Shown piece after piece: positions 1 to 9,457 of a stretch of DNA of 64,000 bases (its first letter is position 1; each line of letters starts with the position of its first letter). The stretch comes from Planctomycetota bacterium (lineage in GTDB: Bacteria > Planctomycetota > UBA8108 > SXIK01): assembly GCA_965223265.1 (NCBI GenBank), contig OZ244999.1, positions 1,280,001-1,344,000 on the forward strand, in the 5' to 3' direction. The notes beneath the pieces were generated by a model. It saw only the letters and a list, made by a program, of their open reading frames with translations. It made no database searches and was not told where the DNA came from. The position numbers and the translations under genes were made by a program.

Positions 1-1660
1 ATCCGCTGATGGACTCCATGGCGAATTGGCCATCCTGTGATGCGCTCAAGGAGAGATTCTTCGCGTTGAGAGGAACTGCGGCAAGTTGATAGCTGCCGTC
101 ATCGGAGGTCTTCGCGCGGACGGTCGCTGTGGCGGACACCAAAGTCACAGTCGCGTTCGTAGCCGGCTCGCCGTCGAGCGTGCGAACGATGCCTTCGACT
201 GTGCCGCCTAACGGCAACTCGATCGTTGCAGAAGGGAAGTGCCCGACATGAGCTTGCAGCTTGAGAAGCTGGTCGGCGTACCCATCAGCGGAGCCGACGA
301 TGTCAACGCGGCCAGCGGGAATTCCGGGCAGTGTGAAATGACCTTCAGTATTGCAGCGCGCGAACTGAAACCCTTTCCAACGTACGAGAGCGCCGGCGAT
401 CGGTAGTTTCGTCCCGTCGTCGATCACGGTACCAGAAACGATCACGCCGGGCTTCAAGCGGCGGTCGAATTGCCCGGTGGGATTCGCGGGACCGACGGTG
501 ATCAGTTCGTCCCATCCTGTCTCTAGTTTCGTCCGCAGTTCGGCCTTCCAAGCCCAGAGACGGTACTCGCCATGCGCCAAGCCGCTCATGACGTAGCGTC
601 CATTGAGGTCCGTCGTCACCACCAGCGTGTGTTGATGTTCGCCAATGCCGATTGCCGCGACACTCGCGCCGGCAACCGGCGCTGCGGTCGCGTCGAGTAG
701 GATGGTTCCCTCGATGTCATTCTCGACCATCTGTGCTGCGCCCGGCGCTTGTGAGGCGTCGGCCTGGATCTCCGAACCCGGGTCTGTCAGCTCAACGTTC
801 ATCAGTGCCGTGCCGTTCAGACGTACTGGTTCAACATTGTCGTTGTCCGCTGTTCGAACGAGCGCAAAGACGACAACGGAGAGCGTAGCTACGGCCGCGA
901 GACTGAAGCCGACAGCTGGAGTGTTGAGGACCGAGGAGCTTTTCGCAGGATGCGGTGTCGCAAGTACTCCCGCGGCTCCGTCGACATCGCCTCGTGCCGG
1001 CGAGGTCTCCAGTGCCAACGATCCCTTGGCGCTGATCCGAGACACAAATCCTTTTGGGATGTCAGGGGAAGGTAATCGCTCGAGGAGCGTACCAACAGCA
1101 ACACCCGCCGGCACGATGCAGCCAGTGGTGCCCAAACTGCGCCGCATTGACTCCAACCCCCGTTTGATTCGATCCGCCGCCAACGTGTGACTGCCGCCGA
1201 TGCAGGCAGCGACGTCGCGGAGACTCAGGCCTTCGACTTCGTGAAGCCACACGGAAGCCCGCGTTTCATGTGGTAGTTCAGCGAACGCACCAGCGACGCC
1301 TTCGAGAAGCTCGTTCTGGACCGCCTTGGCGCTTGGATCTGTCTGGTTGTTGCCCTGGTCCATGGTCGCATAGCCCTTTTCGTGTCGACGGCGCGTCTCC
1401 TGAGCGCGAATGTAATTGATAGCGGTTCTTGTGACGATGCGTGTCAGCCAAAGCTTCGCAGATTTAGGATCACGCAGGGGCGCATGCGCCTGCAGGATCT
1501 TCACGAAGGTGTCTTGAACGACGTCTTCGGCGGCTTCAGGGGTGCCGGTGACACGGCGCGCGATGACGTACAGCGCGGGAGCCTGAGCGTCGACGAGGCG
1601 CTGGAAAGCAAGACGGTCTCCAGCTTGACTAGAGCGAATCAGATGCGCGAGTTTGTCCAT
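1..1660 (-). CDS. ECF sigma-70 factor with TM segment and C-terminal carboxypeptidase-regulatory-like beta-sandwich repeats (3' end runs off the window)
   Basis: Not in the ORF track because no stop lies in the window. Manual translation from ATG 1660 (GAGGAG RBS) gives MDKLAHLIRSSQAGDRLAFQRLVD...AEDVVQDTFVKI...KLWLTRIVTRTAINYIR (region 2) and LPHETRASVWLHEVEGLSLRDVAACIG (region 4). A hydrophobic stretch (AVATLSVVVFALV) follows, then SASQDGQFAMESISG-type repeats. The middle of the frame was spot-checked only. Confidence 0.85.
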   Translation of the reverse strand, partial: MDKLAHLIRSSQAGDRLAFQRLVDAQAPALYVIARRVTGTPEAAEDVVQDTFVKILQAHAPLRDPKSAKLWLTRIVTRTAINYIRAQETRRRHEKGYATMDQGNNQTDPSAKAVQNELLEGVAGAFAELPHETRASVWLHEVEGLSLRDVAACIGGSHTLAADRIKRGLESMRRSLGTTGCIVPAGVAVGTLLERLPSPDIPKGFVSRISAKGSLALETSPARGDVDGAAGVLATPHPAKSSSVLNTPAVGFSLAAVATLSVVVFALVRTADNDNVEPVRLNGTALMNVELTDPGSEIQADASQAPGAAQMVENDIEGTILLDATAAPVAGASVAAIGIGEHQHTLVVTTDLNGRYVMSGLAHGEYRLWAWKAELRTKLETGWDELITVGPANPTGQFDRRLKPGVIVSGTVIDDGTKLPIAGALVRWKGFQFARCNTEGHFTLPGIPAGRVDIVGSADGYADQLLKLQAHVGHFPSATIELPLGGTVEGIVRTLDGEPATNATVTLVSATATVRAKTSDDGSYQLAAVPLNAKNLSLSASQDGQFAMESISG

Positions 1661-1909
1661 CGGGAACTCCTCTCGTTTTCGTACCCTGAGGACACGGCGG
1701 ATCGCGGTTTGTCAGGAGAAAAAAAGGAAAACTCAGAAGATCGGTCGTCAAAGTACCTTGGGCGCGTCGTTCGCGGGTCCAGCGTCTTTCAACGCAGATC
1801 CGCGCGGACGGAATTCCGCGCTCAAGAAGCGCGTCCGTCGTCAGATTCCTGCTACGATCTACGGAGTCAGCACTTGTTTCATAGAGCAGATGACGGGAGG
1901 CGACGAGAC

Positions 1910-2449
1910 GTGCCCGCGCAAAATCTACCGAAGTATGCACGCTGGGAGCATGAGCGGAAGTTCTTCGTGCCGCCCGCCGCAACCCATCCCTGGATGCGCA
2001 CCGCGCCGTGGGAAGTTCGAGACCGATACTTGGACGTGGGTCGGATGCGCTTGCGTGCCGTGACAGACACTGGATCTGGCGAGCAGACCTTCAAGCTCTG
2101 TAAAAAGTTCTCGCCAGAGTCCGCCTACTCCCAGGCCATCGTCAACATCTACTTGTCACGGGACGAATACGAGTCTTTGCTCCAATTGCCTGGTCGCGAG
2201 CTCAACAAGAGGCGTTTTCACGATCGCTTTGATGGACATACTTTCGGTGTTGATGTCTTTGAGGCCGAGCTCGATGGCCTCGTCCTCTGCGAAGTCGAGG
2301 CATCCTCCGAGAGCGAGCTCATGGGGGTCGAGTTCCCGCCTTATGCGCGAGTCGAAGTTACCGAGGATCTTTTCTTCACGGGCGGAAGCCTTTGTAGAGC
2401 CTCGGCTAGCGAGTTGGCGCATCGGCTACAGACGTTATCCCGGAACTAG
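1910..2449 (+). CDS. CYTH / triphosphate tunnel metalloenzyme-like protein
   Basis: N-terminal EHERKF (ExExK) motif, RLR, KRR, VDVFE, and LCEVE. GTG at 1910 follows GGGAGG. The upstream part of ORF 1382-2449 is antisense to the sigma gene. Confidence 0.75.
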   Translation: MPAQNLPKYARWEHERKFFVPPAATHPWMRTAPWEVRDRYLDVGRMRLRAVTDTGSGEQTFKLCKKFSPESAYSQAIVNIYLSRDEYESLLQLPGRELNKRRFHDRFDGHTFGVDVFEAELDGLVLCEVEASSESELMGVEFPPYARVEVTEDLFFTGGSLCRASASELAHRLQTLSRN

Positions 2450-2575
2450 CTCGACGTTATGAGAGCATGTTACCACTTAGGCACGCGAACAGGACGGGTC
2501 AATGCGTTGAGGGTGTGCTCAGATGGCGAGTGCGATGGGTTGAAGAATCACTCTGACAAGGTGGGAGCCGGCAAC

Positions 2576-3415
2576 ATGATCCGAGGTGTCCACAAAGTCG
2601 TTGCGATCTCTCTTCTACTGATCGGTTGTGGGGCGAACAAGCAGGCGAATTCTCCTGGCGAGGTTCAGTACTTCGAAGACACGCATGGGTTCACCGTCGA
2701 AGGAGGTGCGATTCGGTTGAAGGCTGTTCGAGACAACGTCGAGGCAATGAAGCTACACGTGGCGAGTCAGCGACTGGGCCCCCTGCGCGCCTATTGGCGT
2801 GACGACTCGCATCCCGAACTTCTGAGAATGCACTCGGTGCTGCACCAATCGGCCGCGGGAATCTTGGACACCGGGGAGGTCTTCGACTGGACGCAAAAGA
2901 ACCGACCGCGGCGCGCCGGCAAGATCCAGGAGCCGAATTTCTTGCTCTACTTTCTTGCCGTCAAAGGGAAGTTTCACGTTTTCGGTGCGAAAGACGTGAC
3001 GAAGGACCAGGTGATTCTGAAGTCCCTTTTGAAATCTTCCACGAGTGGAACCGTAAGGTCCAACGCTTTCAACGTGCTTGTGGAGATGGGAGTGCGAATT
3101 CATGAGGACGAACTACCTAGCGTCGGCAGCGAAGAGGCGCGGGCTTCAATGCGTCAGCGTGTACGTGAGTTGCTCTCAGTGGACGGAGACGTCTACCGTT
3201 TGGCGCTGCAGCATATCGCGACAGGGAATCACGATGACTTCGACTGGGCGCTTGGGTTCCTACGATGGTTAGGTCGAGCGAAGGAAATTCCCTTCATCGC
3301 TAGCGAGCTTGACGCCATGCGGTCTCGCGCTCAGGGTGATGATGAACACATGCATCTTCGGATCGACCAATTGCGAGACTTGCTGGCGGGTTTGAGGCGC
3401 GACTACGACGTCTGA
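2576..3415 (+). CDS. hypothetical lipoprotein
   Basis: ATG 2576 after GGGAG; lipobox-like signal MIRGVHKVVAISLLLIGC; helical C-terminus. Confidence 0.6.
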   Translation: MIRGVHKVVAISLLLIGCGANKQANSPGEVQYFEDTHGFTVEGGAIRLKAVRDNVEAMKLHVASQRLGPLRAYWRDDSHPELLRMHSVLHQSAAGILDTGEVFDWTQKNRPRRAGKIQEPNFLLYFLAVKGKFHVFGAKDVTKDQVILKSLLKSSTSGTVRSNAFNVLVEMGVRIHEDELPSVGSEEARASMRQRVRELLSVDGDVYRLALQHIATGNHDDFDWALGFLRWLGRAKEIPFIASELDAMRSRAQGDDEHMHLRIDQLRDLLAGLRRDYDV

Positions 3416-3591
3416 GGAAGCGAGATCCAGCGTGAGGACGCACCGAAACGGCAGCGGCGTTCGGCTGACGGAGGTTAGCACGAGAAAGGCCGCGTCACAT
3501 GACACGTCATTCGGTGACGCCGCCATGTCTGGTGTTGTCGCGCCTGGTGGATTCTCGGGCGGTGAAGTCACCGTCCGAACCGGCGCGCTGC

Positions 3592-3909
3592 TCACTGCCC
3601 GCCGGACGAGCAGCTCTCGTACGTCTCGCAGCCGAGCTCGCCGACCAGTTCAAGCCCGCCGCATTCGAGGAAGGGTGCCGGCGGTGGCGGTCCGCCGCTG
3701 AATCGGGAGACGACGATGTAGATGCCGTCGGCGATGTCGATGCCCGAGTCGTCGTTTGCGTCTGCGGCACTTCGACAGCGTGCCCGAGGGCCATCGACGA
3801 AGAGTTCGTTGAGGATCCAAACCGCGTCAGCGATATCGACGATTCCATCGTCGTTCGGATCGCCGCGCTCTGAGCGAAACCTCCCCCTAAGATTGTCGTC
3901 TTGTGTGCG
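3592..3909 (-). pseudogene. orphan dockerin-like (paired Ca-binding loop) module without a usable start
   Basis: Manual translation: RGDPNDDGIVDIADAVWILNELFVDGPRARCRSAADANDDSGIDIADGIYIVVSRFSGGPPPPAPFLECG...LGCETYESC, matching the tails of 26953-28893 and 40039-42573. The in-frame ATG 3933 (with RBS) is cut off by TGA TGA at 3910-3915. Confidence 0.7.
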
Positions 3910-3953
3910 TCATCATGGATGTCTCTCTTGCATTCAATCTCCTCGGCGACCTG

Positions 3954-4218
3954 AGCTAGCCTCGAGCTTGGCCATTTCGCGCCGGCCTGGCCGGACGAGT
4001 TTCGCGGGAATTCAAAGGCCTTTCGACTTTTTTGTACCCTGAGAACCCTTGTGCATGTTCAAAAACTCCTGTCCGGCCCTTCGGGGAACGCCAGGAGCGC
4101 CGATGCCTGCGTCGCTCCTCCGCCACGATCGCAGCGGGATCGCGTTGTCGTCGCTCCTTGGCCTCGACGCTCCTGGCGTTCCCAGGCTCGACGCGAAATG
4201 GCCAAACTCGAGCTAGCC
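3954..4218. repeat. nested inverted-repeat element (REP/MITE-like)
   Basis: Outer arms CTCGAGCTTGGCCATTTCGCG (3961-3981) and CGCGAAATGGCCAAACTCGAG (4192-4212). Inner perfect 16-bp IR GGGAACGCCAGGAGCG (4084-4099) / CGCTCCTGGCGTTCCC (4168-4183). Confidence 0.75.
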
Positions 4219-4220
4219 TC

Positions 4221-4400
4221 GCAGCCCGTTGAAAAAGTCATTCGGCTGAAAAACCGGCCTCTTCACGCCCAGATCAGCCACGGCGAGCCTCGCCGTATAT
4301 ATCTTATAGAAGAGGGCTCGGAGATTACCTGCGTTCGCCGCAGCTGATCTGGACGCGAAGCGACCAGTTTTCAGCTCGAAGCACTTTTTCAACAGGCTGC
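4221..4400. mobile_element. MITE-like long imperfect palindrome
   Basis: Terminal IR GCAGCCCGTTGAAAAAGT (4221-4238) / ACTTTTTCAACAGGCTGC (4383-4400), 17/18 match. Complementarity continues inward for about 70 bp per arm; no coding capacity. Confidence 0.7.
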
Positions 4401-4505
4401 TAGGACGATTTCGCGCCGAGTCGAAGTGCAGGTTGGAAGAAATCGAGCTTTTCGCTCTTTCTAGGAGCACGAGCGTTAGCGTTAGGTTAGACAAAGGAGT
4501 CCGTT

Positions 4506-4880
4506 ATGAGTCGGCCATCCGCCATCATCTTTTGCATAGCCGTGATCCTCTGTTTTTCCGGATGCAAGACACGTCCGAACGCTTTTCCTTCGAACTGGCG
4601 CCGGACGGTTCAGAAGGGTGAGGTCCTTTCCACTTTCTTCGAGACGGGGGAGGGTGAAGTGTTCCTTGTCCCCGATGATCAACTCGACGCCATGCCTCCA
4701 TGCGACGCGACAGTCTTGAGAAAGTTGCCCTGCGCAGCACTCCTCAGGACTGGAGATGGAGCGATGCTCAGCATAGGCGGGCCAGGCGCGACAGCGGCAG
4801 TGAGCAGTTTCGTGGAAACCCTTGAGAACGGCCGGATGTACACTTTTCCCCATGCTTTCGTGGAGTATCAGGAGCGCTAA
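4506..4880 (+). CDS. hypothetical lipoprotein
   Basis: AAGGAG RBS; signal ending ILCFSGC. Confidence 0.6.
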   Translation: MSRPSAIIFCIAVILCFSGCKTRPNAFPSNWRRTVQKGEVLSTFFETGEGEVFLVPDDQLDAMPPCDATVLRKLPCAALLRTGDGAMLSIGGPGATAAVSSFVETLENGRMYTFPHAFVEYQER

Positions 4881-4998
4881 CGGGAGTGTGAACAGGTCGG
4901 GCGCTATGACGAATCGTCGAGCGTATTCGCTGAGAAGGCTCCGGTGAACGGGTCGCGCGGAAGGGGAGGGGTCGACGCGATGACTGGAGGGCGTTCCG

Positions 4999-5577
4999 TT
5001 GCCAAGTAAGCTCCGTGCCGTCGTCATTCTCGAGACAGAACGGTTGGTTCTTCGCACATGGACCGTAGACGATGCGGCGGCCGCTTTTAAAATATGGGGA
5101 GATGCGTCAGTTATGCGATACGTTGGCGAGCCGTTCGCCGACGTGGACCGTGTCCGGCGTTCGCTTCGCGCGGCTCAACGCGTGCAAGAGGAGCATGGAC
5201 ATTGCCTCTGGGCGGTCGTCGAACGACGCTCCGGCGCGCTGATCGGCGCCTGCGGCTTCCATTGTTTCGATGACGGCCTGGAGCTCGCTTTCCACTTTGC
5301 AGCGGCTTCTTGGGGATGCGGCTACGCGATCGAAGCAGCGAGTGCGTGCGTAGACTACGGCTTTCGTGCTCTTGACGCTTCGAGAATCATCGCCCGGCAT
5401 CACAGCGACAACGACAGATCTCGGCGGGTTTTGGAGAAGCTCGAGATGGACTGCATGGGCTCCGAAACGTCCGAGATGCCCGTAGCCTTGAGGCGCCGTA
5501 GGGCGACGAGGATCACTCCATCGAGCTGGGCGTGGCAGAACTCTCGGGTGGGCGGCTCTTGCTCGTCTTGTCGTTGA
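4999..5577 (+). CDS. GNAT family N-acetyltransferase (RimJ/RimL-like)
   Basis: ILETERLVLR, LIGACG, WGCGYAIEAASA and NDRSRRVLEKL motifs. The last ~35 aa look atypical. Confidence 0.8.
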   Translation: MPSKLRAVVILETERLVLRTWTVDDAAAAFKIWGDASVMRYVGEPFADVDRVRRSLRAAQRVQEEHGHCLWAVVERRSGALIGACGFHCFDDGLELAFHFAAASWGCGYAIEAASACVDYGFRALDASRIIARHHSDNDRSRRVLEKLEMDCMGSETSEMPVALRRRRATRITPSSWAWQNSRVGGSCSSCR

Positions 5578-5722
5578 CAGTCGGGTGTCGCGTCAGGGAA
5601 GAATGCCGTAGAATGAGGCGCGCTGTGAAACGGCTCCAGCGTGTCAGCGATCACTCGACAGCAGGGGCGAGGACCCCATCGCTTGAGCGCCATCAATTCC
5701 TATATTTCGATCGAACCAGCGC

Positions 5723-6709
5723 ATGAGAATCTTACTCACCGGGGGGGCCGGGTATGTTGGCAGCGCCGCGCTACGATGGCTACTCGACAAGGGGCATGAC
5801 GCGCTCGCGTTCGATGATCTGTCCGCTGGACATGCTGCTGCTGTCCCAGAAGGTCGACTCGTCAATGGAAGCATTCTCGACGTCGACGCGCTGGTGACTG
5901 CCATGGAAACTCAGCGCACCGAAGCGGTGATGCACTTCGCGGCGCTGGCATCGGTGCCGGATTCGATTCGCGCTCCGGATGAGTATTGGGCGACCAATGT
6001 GCTGGGGACGAAGAACGTGCTCGACGCAGCTCGATCGGGGGGCGTCGATCGATTCATCTTTTCGAGTACCGCAGCGACGTACAGCTTTGATGAGCCCATG
6101 CCACTCGTCGAAGAATCGGCACAGATTCCACAAGTTCCCTACGGCACCACCAAATTAGCAGCGGAGAAACTGATCCACGACTACGCGTGCGCCTACGACA
6201 TGGGCTATGCGATCCTGAGGTACTTCAACGCGTCCGGTGCAGATCCGTCGGGTGAGTTCGGTGAGGCTCGGCAGCGAGAGACTCACCTTATCCCGCTCGT
6301 CTTGCTGACCGCGCTTGGCAAACGCGAGAAGCTACAGATCTTCGGCCAAAACCTCGACACTCGCGATGGCACTTGCGTTCGCGACTACGTGCACACGGAT
6401 GACTTGGCGCAGGCCCATCAATTGGCGGTCGAATCGTTACAACCCGGCATGCGGCGCGTTTACAACGTCGGGTCTGGCACGGGGACGACCGTATTGGAAG
6501 TGCTTCGGTCTTGTGAGGAGGTCGTCGGGCGGCCGATCCCGCACGAATACCAGGAGCCGCGACCTGGGGACCCGAGCACGCTCATAGCGTCTCCTAACAG
6601 GATTCGGCAGCAGCTAGGTTGGTCGCCTCGATTCACGACGATTCGTCAAATTGTCGAGACGGCTTGGGAGTGGCACTGTCGCTATCCCAACGGCTACGCC
6701 GGTCGTTAG
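5723..6709 (+). CDS. galE: UDP-glucose 4-epimerase
   Basis: TGGAGYVGS, HFAA, FSSTAATY, PYGTTK (YxxxK), LRYFNASGA, ETHLIP, DGTCVRDYVH. Confidence 0.93.
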   Translation: MRILLTGGAGYVGSAALRWLLDKGHDALAFDDLSAGHAAAVPEGRLVNGSILDVDALVTAMETQRTEAVMHFAALASVPDSIRAPDEYWATNVLGTKNVLDAARSGGVDRFIFSSTAATYSFDEPMPLVEESAQIPQVPYGTTKLAAEKLIHDYACAYDMGYAILRYFNASGADPSGEFGEARQRETHLIPLVLLTALGKREKLQIFGQNLDTRDGTCVRDYVHTDDLAQAHQLAVESLQPGMRRVYNVGSGTGTTVLEVLRSCEEVVGRPIPHEYQEPRPGDPSTLIASPNRIRQQLGWSPRFTTIRQIVETAWEWHCRYPNGYAGR

Positions 6710-7021
6710 CACGTCGTAGCTCAGCGGCGACAACGCAACGGCGCCGCCAGCTAGGACGTCTCCGATCCGCTGTCGCACCCGAGCGAGTCCGTGTGAAGGT
6801 GCGCCGTGGCCAGCGGAATGGTCTTCGCGCTGGAGAGGGGGGCGGTGGTGCCGTCAGGCAGGTGTGTTGCGCTCGTCGCTCGCTGCATTTACCGCTCTCA
6901 GGGCTTGGTGGGCTTCGCGTGGCCTTTTGCGTCGAGCCGGCCGCCGTGACCACTGTCACAGTATGCCGTCGCTCCGCAACATCCTTCTCAGGTCGTAGAC
7001 CAACAGACCGTTCCCGATCGG

Positions 7022-7037
7022 TGTGACCAAAATCACA
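7022..7037 (+). promoter_or_regulatory. CRP/FNR-family (HcpR-type) binding site
   Basis: Perfect TGTGA-CCAAAA-TCACA about 80 bp upstream of the hcp start. Confidence 0.75.
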
Positions 7038-7117
7038 GCACCGACATCGGCGAGGGCGTAGTCTCCCTATATCTGAACTCGAAGCGTGTGCTGCAGACCA
7101 TGATCCAGGAGGACGAC

Positions 7118-8407
7118 GTGTTTTGTAATCAGTGTGAGCAGACGACCAACGGAACTGGCTGTGTGGACATTGGCGTCTGTGGTAAAGACCCAGACGTCCA
7201 GTCGCTGCAAGAGACGCTGCTCTACGGCGTCAAAGGAACGGCGGCCTACGCTAACCACGCACGTCGTCTCGGCAAAACTGACGAGGGAGTGAACAGCTTC
7301 ATCGAAGAGGCGCTTTTTGCGACCATGACGAATGTCAACTTCGACCTCTCGAGTTTGCTCGAGTTGGTTCTCGAATGTGGACGCGTCAATCTGAAGGTCA
7401 TGGAGATGCTCGACGCCGGCCACACGGAGAGGTTCGGTCGACCGGAACCCACGACCGTCTCCGAGGGCACGAAGGCCGGCCCCGGGATCCTGGTCACCGG
7501 GCACGATCTCGTCGACCTTGCAGATCTTCTCGACCAAGCGAAAGGGAGTGGCGTCAACGTCTACACCCACGGCGAAATGCTTCCCGCCCATGGTTACCCC
7601 AAGATGCGAGCTCACCCTCACCTGGCCGGACATTTCGGCGGCGCTTGGCAGAACCAGAGAGCGGAATTCACTGAGTTTTCTGGACCGGTACTTGCCACGA
7701 CGAACTGCGTGTTGATTCCGTGGGAGACCTACAAGGATCGTCTCTTCACCACGCGCATTACCGCCGTCCCTGGCGGTCAGCGATTGGCGAACGGCGACTT
7801 CTCCGCTGTGATCGCGAAGGCCAAGGCATGCCCTCCACTCGAGGCCAAGCCGGTGCGCGAAACGACCGTCGGCTTTCACCACAGCGTGATCCTGGGACTT
7901 GCCGACAAAATCGTCGATGCGGTCAAGTCGGGTGACGTGGGGCACTTCTTCGTGATCGGTGGTTGCGACGGCGACGAGCTTGGCCGCAACTACTTCAGCG
8001 ACTATGCCAGCGAGACGCCGGCAGACTCGATCATCCTGACATTGGGCTGCGGCAAGTTTCGGATCCGGAACCACGACTATGGAACCGTCGCCGGTCTGCC
8101 GAGGCTTCTAGACATGGGGCAGTGTAACGATGCTTACGGCGCGATTCAGGTCGCGGTAGGTTTAGCGGAAGCTTTTGACTGCGGTGTCAACGATCTGCCA
8201 CTCACGATCGTTCTTTCGTGGTTCGAGCAGAAGGCAGTTGCCGTGCTTTTGACTTTGCTCGCGCTGGGTGTGAAGGGCATCCGGATCGGACCGGCAGCGC
8301 CGGGATTCTTGACTCCGAATGTCGCCCAGATCTTGGCCGATCAGTTCGACCTGCGCTTGATCGGAGCAGACCCGGTCGCCGACGTTCGTGCGGCTATCAC
8401 CGTATAG
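7118..8407 (+). CDS. hcp: hybrid cluster protein (hydroxylamine/NO reductase), short ~430 aa form
   Basis: GTG after AGGAGG; MFCNQCEQT...GC...GVCGK (CX2CX8CX5C), ILVTGHDL, YTHGEMLPAHGYP, TTNC, GGCDG, LGCGK, DMGQCND, LSWFEQKA. Confidence 0.95.
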   Translation: MFCNQCEQTTNGTGCVDIGVCGKDPDVQSLQETLLYGVKGTAAYANHARRLGKTDEGVNSFIEEALFATMTNVNFDLSSLLELVLECGRVNLKVMEMLDAGHTERFGRPEPTTVSEGTKAGPGILVTGHDLVDLADLLDQAKGSGVNVYTHGEMLPAHGYPKMRAHPHLAGHFGGAWQNQRAEFTEFSGPVLATTNCVLIPWETYKDRLFTTRITAVPGGQRLANGDFSAVIAKAKACPPLEAKPVRETTVGFHHSVILGLADKIVDAVKSGDVGHFFVIGGCDGDELGRNYFSDYASETPADSIILTLGCGKFRIRNHDYGTVAGLPRLLDMGQCNDAYGAIQVAVGLAEAFDCGVNDLPLTIVLSWFEQKAVAVLLTLLALGVKGIRIGPAAPGFLTPNVAQILADQFDLRLIGADPVADVRAAITV

Positions 8408-8526
8408 CATCCAACCTCTCTCCGAGGAATCCACGGCTCGCAAAGTTCGACACTGGACTTGCTGTGGATTCCTCGACATTACGTACACACTCAATAAACG
8501 ACTTCTTTGGCGAGCTGACAGACAGG

Positions 8527-9144
8527 ATGAAAAACGTAGACGAACAGCGCCTCGAGTCCGACCTGCACTACCGCTACGAGTACGTCTCGGGCTTCGTCGG
8601 CTTTGGATCGGACGACGTGAGCGCAATCCATTCGATCGCGGCCAAAATGCTACCTCTCGTCTCGAGCATGGTAGAGGCGACTTACGACAAGCTCCTTGCG
8701 TGCGACGCGACGCGGCGCCACTTTGTTCCTCGTCACTCCGGATATGAAGGGCCACTGCCGGCGAACCCTGCGTCCCTCACGCAGAGCACCGAGCAGATTC
8801 AGTTCCGGAAGGAACACTTGGCTCGATACCTGACGAACATCTTTGGTAACTCGTACGACGCTCGGATGGTCAACTACCTCGACGTCGTCGGCAAGATGCA
8901 CACCCCGAAAGCAGGCAACAAGCGCATCGACGTGCCTCTCGTACAGATGAACGCGTTGATGGGATTCGTCTCGGACAGCGTTCTTGGCGCCATTCTGGGG
9001 CTGGGATTGGACCGCGAGCAGGAGGCGCGCACGATCCGCGCGGTCAACAAGCTTTTGTGGATTCAGAATGACTTGATCACGCGTCACTACGAGAATCCAC
9101 GACCGGCGGCTGATCAGCCGGAGCTTGTTTCAAGCGCCGGTTAG
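8527..9144 (+). CDS. protoglobin-family globin
   Basis: MKNVDEQRLESDLHYRYEYVSGFVGF...YDKLL...FRKEHLARYL...YLDVVGKMHT...AVNKLLWIQNDLITRHY, typical of the planctomycete/fungal protoglobin-like family. Confidence 0.82.
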   Translation: MKNVDEQRLESDLHYRYEYVSGFVGFGSDDVSAIHSIAAKMLPLVSSMVEATYDKLLACDATRRHFVPRHSGYEGPLPANPASLTQSTEQIQFRKEHLARYLTNIFGNSYDARMVNYLDVVGKMHTPKAGNKRIDVPLVQMNALMGFVSDSVLGAILGLGLDREQEARTIRAVNKLLWIQNDLITRHYENPRPAADQPELVSSAG

Positions 9145-9457
9145 CCTGCATCTCTCACAAGATTTCGTAGCGAGGTGCCGTAGGTCGTGTCGTGGCAAGG
9201 AAGGCGTTGCGATTCGACCGTTGATTCCGACCGAGTTGGGAGGACGAAAGTGTTTCTAACACATTGAGGCGGGGCCGTCATCAGGGTGCCGACCACACTC
9301 GCGCAAAGTATGCGCTCAGCTCTGGTCAGAGCCGCCGTCGTGGCGGCTGCCAAAGGAAACGTCTTGTCGAGTTTTTCTGATCGGATATCGCCTACGATAT
9401 CTCAGCGTCTTCGTGGACGATGTGCGCCGAAGAAAACGACTGTTTACGAGACACTCC

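Noticed and set aside
1382-1909. Long N-terminus of the CYTH ORF
   Set aside because: Overlaps the ECF sigma gene on the opposite strand; a better GTG start with RBS exists at 1910.
3910-3915. Selenocysteine recoding of TGA TGA
   Set aside because: No redox motif context or recognisable SECIS hairpin; decay is the simpler explanation.
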